Shown one piece after another: positions 59,705 through 64,000 of a DNA stretch of 64,000 nucleotides (position 1 is its first letter; every line of letters begins with the position of its first letter). A program made the translations under genes and the position numbers. Under the pieces are notes generated by a model that did not search any database, was not told the DNA's origin, and was given only the letters and a program-made list of their open reading frames with translations. Origin of the DNA: Novosphingobium sp. (GTDB taxonomy: Bacteria > Pseudomonadota > Alphaproteobacteria > Sphingomonadales > Sphingomonadaceae); the NCBI GenBank assembly GCA_031415355.1, contig JANORN010000214.1, forward strand, positions 5,732 through 69,731, in the 5' to 3' direction.

Positions 59705-60900
59705 CCTTCGTCCTCATGTTCAGGCAAGGCGAACAGCGGCTCGCCAAAGATGAACCCGACGAAGTTCGGCGTGCCGACATGTTCGAACAGCGCCTTCAGC
59801 GTCAACAGGATCGGGATCGAGAGCAGTGCCCCGGCCACGCCCCAGATCCATGAGAAATAGCTGATTGAAAACAGGATCAGCACCGGGTTCATGGTGAAGC
59901 GCCGCCCCAGCACCGCCGGGGTAACCACGTTGGATTCGACCGTATGCAGCCCCAGAAAGGCCAGCACGGGCACGATCCCGATGATAAAATTGTCCTGCGT
60001 GCCCAGACCGAACAGGGTCAGCATCGCCATCATGATCAGCGGGCCGACGTAAGGCAGGAAATTGAGCACGGCGGCCAGCCCACCCCACATGATCGGCGCC
60101 TCCAGCCCGAACAGCCAGGCCCCGGTCGCCACGATCACCCCCACCCCGGTGTTAATCAGGGTGACAGTGACAATATAGGTGCCGACCCGTTCCTGCACCG
60201 CGCGCATGATCAGCGCGGCCTTGCGGGTAGCAGCGGTGGAGGCGCGGTCGAGCAGGATGTTCTGCCGATGATGGGTCTTGGCCGAGATCATGAAAAAGGT
60301 GACCAGCAGGGTCAGCAGCAGTTCCAGCATCACGCTGGGCGCGCCGAACGCGACCTGTTCGATCACGCTGGGGCCGGCAATCACCACTTCGCGTGCGCCA
60401 GTGCGCCCGGACAGCCGGGTCAGTTGCCGGTTGAGATCGTTAAGCCAGTCCAGATTGCCGCGCAGTTGCGTCAGCTCAGAGGAAATCTTGGTCAACATCT
60501 GCGGGAACCGGTCAAACGTATCCAGCGCCGGTTGCAGGATCAGCCCCAGTACCAGCACGACGACCGCGAAGAACGCTAGGATCGAGAGTAGCGCGGCGAG
60601 CATCGGCGGGATCCGCCAGCGAATCAGGCGATTGGCCAGGGGGGAGAGCAGGATCGACAGAAAGATCCCCGCCACGAACGGCAGGAACACGATCGCGCCA
60701 TATGACAGCGCAAACGGCAGCGCCAGAAACAGCGCCAGCCCTAGCAGCAGAACCACCGCCGAAACCATCCGCACTTCCTGCTCCGCCAGCACGCGCGGCG
60801 ATCCGGGCAGTTCGTATGCCGGTTCTGGAGACGAATGATCTGTAATGGTACGGGCTCCCGGTTGCCGGTCCCTTGTGGCCCGGCCCGCCCGCGCGATCAA
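59701..60900 (-). CDS. AI-2E family transporter
   Basis: LNFLPYVG, ESN.VTP..LG, IWG..GALL.IP; start uncertain. Confidence 0.88.
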   Translation of the reverse strand: MIARAGRATRDRQPGARTITDHSSPEPAYELPGSPRVLAEQEVRMVSAVVLLLGLALFLALPFALSYGAIVFLPFVAGIFLSILLSPLANRLIRWRIPPMLAALLSILAFFAVVVLVLGLILQPALDTFDRFPQMLTKISSELTQLRGNLDWLNDLNRQLTRLSGRTGAREVVIAGPSVIEQVAFGAPSVMLELLLTLLVTFFMISAKTHHRQNILLDRASTAATRKAALIMRAVQERVGTYIVTVTLINTGVGVIVATGAWLFGLEAPIMWGGLAAVLNFLPYVGPLIMMAMLTLFGLGTQDNFIIGIVPVLAFLGLHTVESNVVTPAVLGRRFTMNPVLILFSISYFSWIWGVAGALLSIPILLTLKALFEHVGTPNFVGFIFGEPLFALPEHEDEG

Positions 60901-60918
60901 GCGGCGCTTGCCGCGTGG

Positions 60919-62076
60919 TTACAACGGCTTGGCGTAGATGCAGTATTCCTTGTTGACCGTGGACTCGATCGCCTCGGCAATCGCGTTCATGCCTTGGTTG
61001 TCATCCAGCACCCAGCCGAACTCGCCGCGGGTTGCGCCATAGTTTGTCACCGCCGCGGTCCGGATTTCATCAAACAGCATGCACGACAGCTGGCTGGCGA
61101 GCCGGCCTGACTGGTGCTGCTTGACCACTCCCAACAGCGGCACCCGCATCGTCCGCACCTTGGGATCGCGCAGCCACAACAGCAGCTTGGCCCAATTGAA
61201 CGGCCACAGGCTGCCGTGCATCGGCTTGGTCACCTCGTTCATATCGGGTAGGGTCATCATAAATGCCACGGGTTCGCCGTCATATTCGGCGATCATGATC
61301 AGGTCTTCGCGGACAATCGGTTTGAATTTCTCGCCGGCATAGGCGATCTCGCGATCAGTGAACGGGACGAAGCCCCAATTGTCTGACCAGGCATCGTTCA
61401 GGATGTGCAGGATCAGGGCGGCCTCTTCGTCAAACCGCGCCTTGCAGACCTTGCGGAGCCGGATCCGGGCATTGTTGTGGCCCGATTGAATTATCCGCTG
61501 GAGCAGCGGTGAAAATGGCTTGGTAATATCCAGCTCATAAGTTTTGAGCGTCTTGGCCGGGACATAACCCTGCGCTTCGATATAGTGCTGATAGCGCTGC
61601 GGCTGATGGCCCATCATCACCGTCGGCGGATGATCGAACCCTTTGACCAGCTGGCCCGGCTCTTCCCAGATCGACATCGACAGCGGCGCGAGCACGCGCG
61701 TCATGCCTTGGCCGCGCAGCCAGTCCTCCGCGCACGCAATCAGGGCCGCCGCTACGGCTGCGTCCGCAGCCTCCAGCAGGCCCCAGTTGCCGGTGCCAGG
61801 CCCCATGCCCTGCGCGACCGGCTGGGCCAGCGCAAGCTGATCGATGTGCGCCGAAATCCGCCCCACAATCGCACCGCCGCGCCGTGCAAGGAACAGCTGC
61901 ACCGTGGCATGATCGAAAAACGGGTTCTTGCCGGGCGTCACCAGTTCCTGGGCCTCCATCCGCAGCGGCGCGACCCAGTTAGGATCGGCGGCATTCAGCC
62001 GGTATGCCAGATCGACAAAGGCCGCGCGATCGGCCTTGCTTTCCACCGGGGTGATCACAATATCTGTCGCGGCCAC
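60919..62076 (-). CDS. Tandem GNAT-fold protein, probable bacterial ceramide synthase (bCerS-like)
   Basis: DPNWV.PL, KNPFF.H, VGRISA, NDAWSDNWGFVP, E.GWVLDDN; next to lptG. Confidence 0.65.
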   Translation of the reverse strand: MAATDIVITPVESKADRAAFVDLAYRLNAADPNWVAPLRMEAQELVTPGKNPFFDHATVQLFLARRGGAIVGRISAHIDQLALAQPVAQGMGPGTGNWGLLEAADAAVAAALIACAEDWLRGQGMTRVLAPLSMSIWEEPGQLVKGFDHPPTVMMGHQPQRYQHYIEAQGYVPAKTLKTYELDITKPFSPLLQRIIQSGHNNARIRLRKVCKARFDEEAALILHILNDAWSDNWGFVPFTDREIAYAGEKFKPIVREDLIMIAEYDGEPVAFMMTLPDMNEVTKPMHGSLWPFNWAKLLLWLRDPKVRTMRVPLLGVVKQHQSGRLASQLSCMLFDEIRTAAVTNYGATRGEFGWVLDDNQGMNAIAEAIESTVNKEYCIYAKPL

Positions 62077-62179
62077 GTTCTTGCCTTTGTTGCGGGTTAG
62101 CGGGCCTTGCCTATGCTACCAGCGGCTGGACTTGCCAAGCCGCGACGATGCGTCGCAGATCAATTCTGGAATGACTTGC

Positions 62180-63268
62180 ATGACTGCCCAAAGCGCGATT
62201 GAACTGTCCCGCCCTGCTCCCGCAACCCAAGCTGCGGCGAGCACTGCCGCCGTGGCGGATGACATGGCAATGCTGCGCGCGGCGGTTGAACTGACCCGCG
62301 ATCTCGCGCCGGCGCGCGCTGCGATTTATTGGCCCGACATGCTGTTGTCCGCCGGGCTGGGATATGCCGGATTGGCGGGGGCGATCCTGCTGGACAACCG
62401 CTGGGCCGCTGCGGCCAGCGGGGCGGTCGCGGTGCTGGCGCTGTACCGCGCGCTGCTGTTCATTCATGAACTGACCCACATCCATCGCACCGCGCTGCCG
62501 GGGTTCCGGCTTGGCTGGAACGCCCTGGTCGGGGTGCCCATGCTGACCCCGTCGCTGATGTACGAAAACGTCCATACGCTGCACCATGCGCGCACCCGCT
62601 ATGGCACGGCGGAGGACCCGGAGTACCTGCCGCTGGGGCTGATGAAGCCGTGGTCGCTGCCGCTGTTCATCGTGATCTCGCTGCTGCTGCCGGTGGGCCT
62701 GCTGCTGCGTTCCGCGTTGCTGGTGCCGCTGGGAGTGATCGTGCCGCCGCTGCGCCGGCTGGTGTGGGAACGTGCCTCAGCACTCTCGATCAACCCCGCT
62801 TTCCGCCGCCGCCCGGCCGAGGGTGAATTTGGGCGGCAAGTGTTCTGGCAGGAACTGGGCGCGTCGGTCTGGGCGATAACCTTGGTCAGCACCGCGATCC
62901 TGTTTGACTGGCGGCCATTGGCAATCGGGTTGGCGGTGGTTTCGCTCACCGCCGTGCTCAATCAGGTGCGGACGCTGGTGGCGCACCTGTGGGTCAATGA
63001 CGGCGAGCCGATGAGCGTTACCGCGCAGTACCTCGATTCGGTCAACGTCCCGCCACCGGGGCTGCTGGCTGAGCTGTGGGCCCCGGTCGGCCTGCGCTAT
63101 CATGCGCTGCACCACTTGCTGCCATCGATGCCCTATCACGCCTTGCCCGAAGCGCACCGGCGCGTATCCGCGCACCTGGGCGCTGGCTCAACTTACGCGA
63201 AGGCCAGCTATCCCGGCCTGTTCCCGCTGGTCGCTCGGCTGGCGCGGAGCACGATGGGCGCGCGGTGA
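62180..63268 (+). CDS. Membrane fatty acid desaturase/hydroxylase family protein
   Basis: His boxes HELTH, HTLHH, HALHH; start 62171 or 62180. Confidence 0.88.
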   Translation: MTAQSAIELSRPAPATQAAASTAAVADDMAMLRAAVELTRDLAPARAAIYWPDMLLSAGLGYAGLAGAILLDNRWAAAASGAVAVLALYRALLFIHELTHIHRTALPGFRLGWNALVGVPMLTPSLMYENVHTLHHARTRYGTAEDPEYLPLGLMKPWSLPLFIVISLLLPVGLLLRSALLVPLGVIVPPLRRLVWERASALSINPAFRRRPAEGEFGRQVFWQELGASVWAITLVSTAILFDWRPLAIGLAVVSLTAVLNQVRTLVAHLWVNDGEPMSVTAQYLDSVNVPPPGLLAELWAPVGLRYHALHHLLPSMPYHALPEAHRRVSAHLGAGSTYAKASYPGLFPLVARLARSTMGAR

Positions 63269-63272
63269 GAAC

Positions 63273-64000
63273 CTATTCCTCTGTCCGCACCAGCACCGCC
63301 TCACCGATCAGCGCGAACAGCAGGAACGGGGCCCAGGCGGCGACCAAGGGCGGATAGCCGCCGAAGCTGCCCATCGACAGCGCGGCGTTATCGACCACGA
63401 AATAGGTGAAGCCCAGGGCCATGCCAATCGCCGCGCGGACCATCAGCTGGCCCGAGCGGGCGAGGCCGAAGGCCGCCACTGCCCCCAGCAGCGGCATCAG
63501 CAGCGCCGCGAGCGGCCCGGAAAACTTGTGCCACCATTTGCCTTCCAGCTCGCCGGTGCGCCGTCCGGCAGCTTTCAGCGCGGCAATGGAGTGCCGCAGG
63601 GTAAAGGCATCCTGTGCATCAGCATCGACTTTGCTGATCTGAACTTGCTCCGGGGTCACGCCTTTGGCGAGCACGATTGACCCGACAGGTTGCGCGATGG
63701 TGCCTTTGACGGTGAACTCCACCGCATCCTCCAGCCGCCACCCCGGCGCGGCAAAGCTAGCCCGCGGGGCGCGCACTTGCGCCAGGATCATTCCACCGGG
63801 ATCGCGTTGATACCACGTCACCCCGGTCATGCGGATATTCGCACCGAAGCCGGTCAGCGCGGTGGCTGCCAGAATATTGTTGCCATCCTTCAGATAAACA
63901 TTGCTGCGCACGGCGGAATCCGGCGGCAGCTGCTTGTACTCAGCTGCGGTCCACGCCTTAAGTGTGGCGGTGGAGCGGATCACGACCCGCTCATTGAAGG
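63273..64000 (-). CDS. lptG: LptF/LptG family permease, 5' end beyond window
   Basis: HKFSGPL..LLMPLLG, G.YPPL.AAWAP C-terminal motifs. Confidence 0.85.
   Translation of the reverse strand, partial: FNERVVIRSTATLKAWTAAEYKQLPPDSAVRSNVYLKDGNNILAATALTGFGANIRMTGVTWYQRDPGGMILAQVRAPRASFAAPGWRLEDAVEFTVKGTIAQPVGSIVLAKGVTPEQVQISKVDADAQDAFTLRHSIAALKAAGRRTGELEGKWWHKFSGPLAALLMPLLGAVAAFGLARSGQLMVRAAIGMALGFTYFVVDNAALSMGSFGGYPPLVAAWAPFLLFALIGEAVLVRTEE

Overview
GC-rich alphaproteobacterial chromosome segment; gene content and repeat families suggest Sphingomonadales (Novosphingobium/Erythrobacteraceae-like). Housekeeping flanks (about 1-20.5 kb: lipB, arsC, Fur-boxed TonB receptor, S8 protease, dapD, wecBC, dcd; about 55-64 kb: LOG family, thiD, glmM, putative ceramide synthase/desaturase/lptG) enclose a visibly more AT-rich accessory island of about 34 kb (20.5-54.9 kb). 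Its core is a two-gene, four-module NRPS (C-A-T-C-A-T-E-C / A-T-[E remnant]-C-A-T-TE). The hand-read A-domain codes (basic aa, Hpg-like, Ser, unknown) and the split point parallel nocardicin NocA/NocB. The NRPS is followed by a Nat-like SAM transferase and a NocJ-like PLP enzyme. The island also has a hydroxyphenylglycine supply set (single-domain HmaS-like, Hmo-like, HpgT-like), MbtH, a class A beta-lactamase, a formyltransferase, a GT1 glycosyltransferase and two Fe/2OG-type oxygenases. Best reading (inference): a nocardicin/formadicin-type monocyclic beta-lactam cluster in an alphaproteobacterium. Two possible RiPP-like cassettes are interleaved: HlyD + C39 peptidase ABC transporter + repeat-bearing 130-aa peptide + ATP-grasp-like enzyme, and a Glu/Ala pentad-repeat 138-aa protein + PaaK-like adenylating enzyme + histidine phosphatase. 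All assignments come from motifs read by eye; no database search was run.
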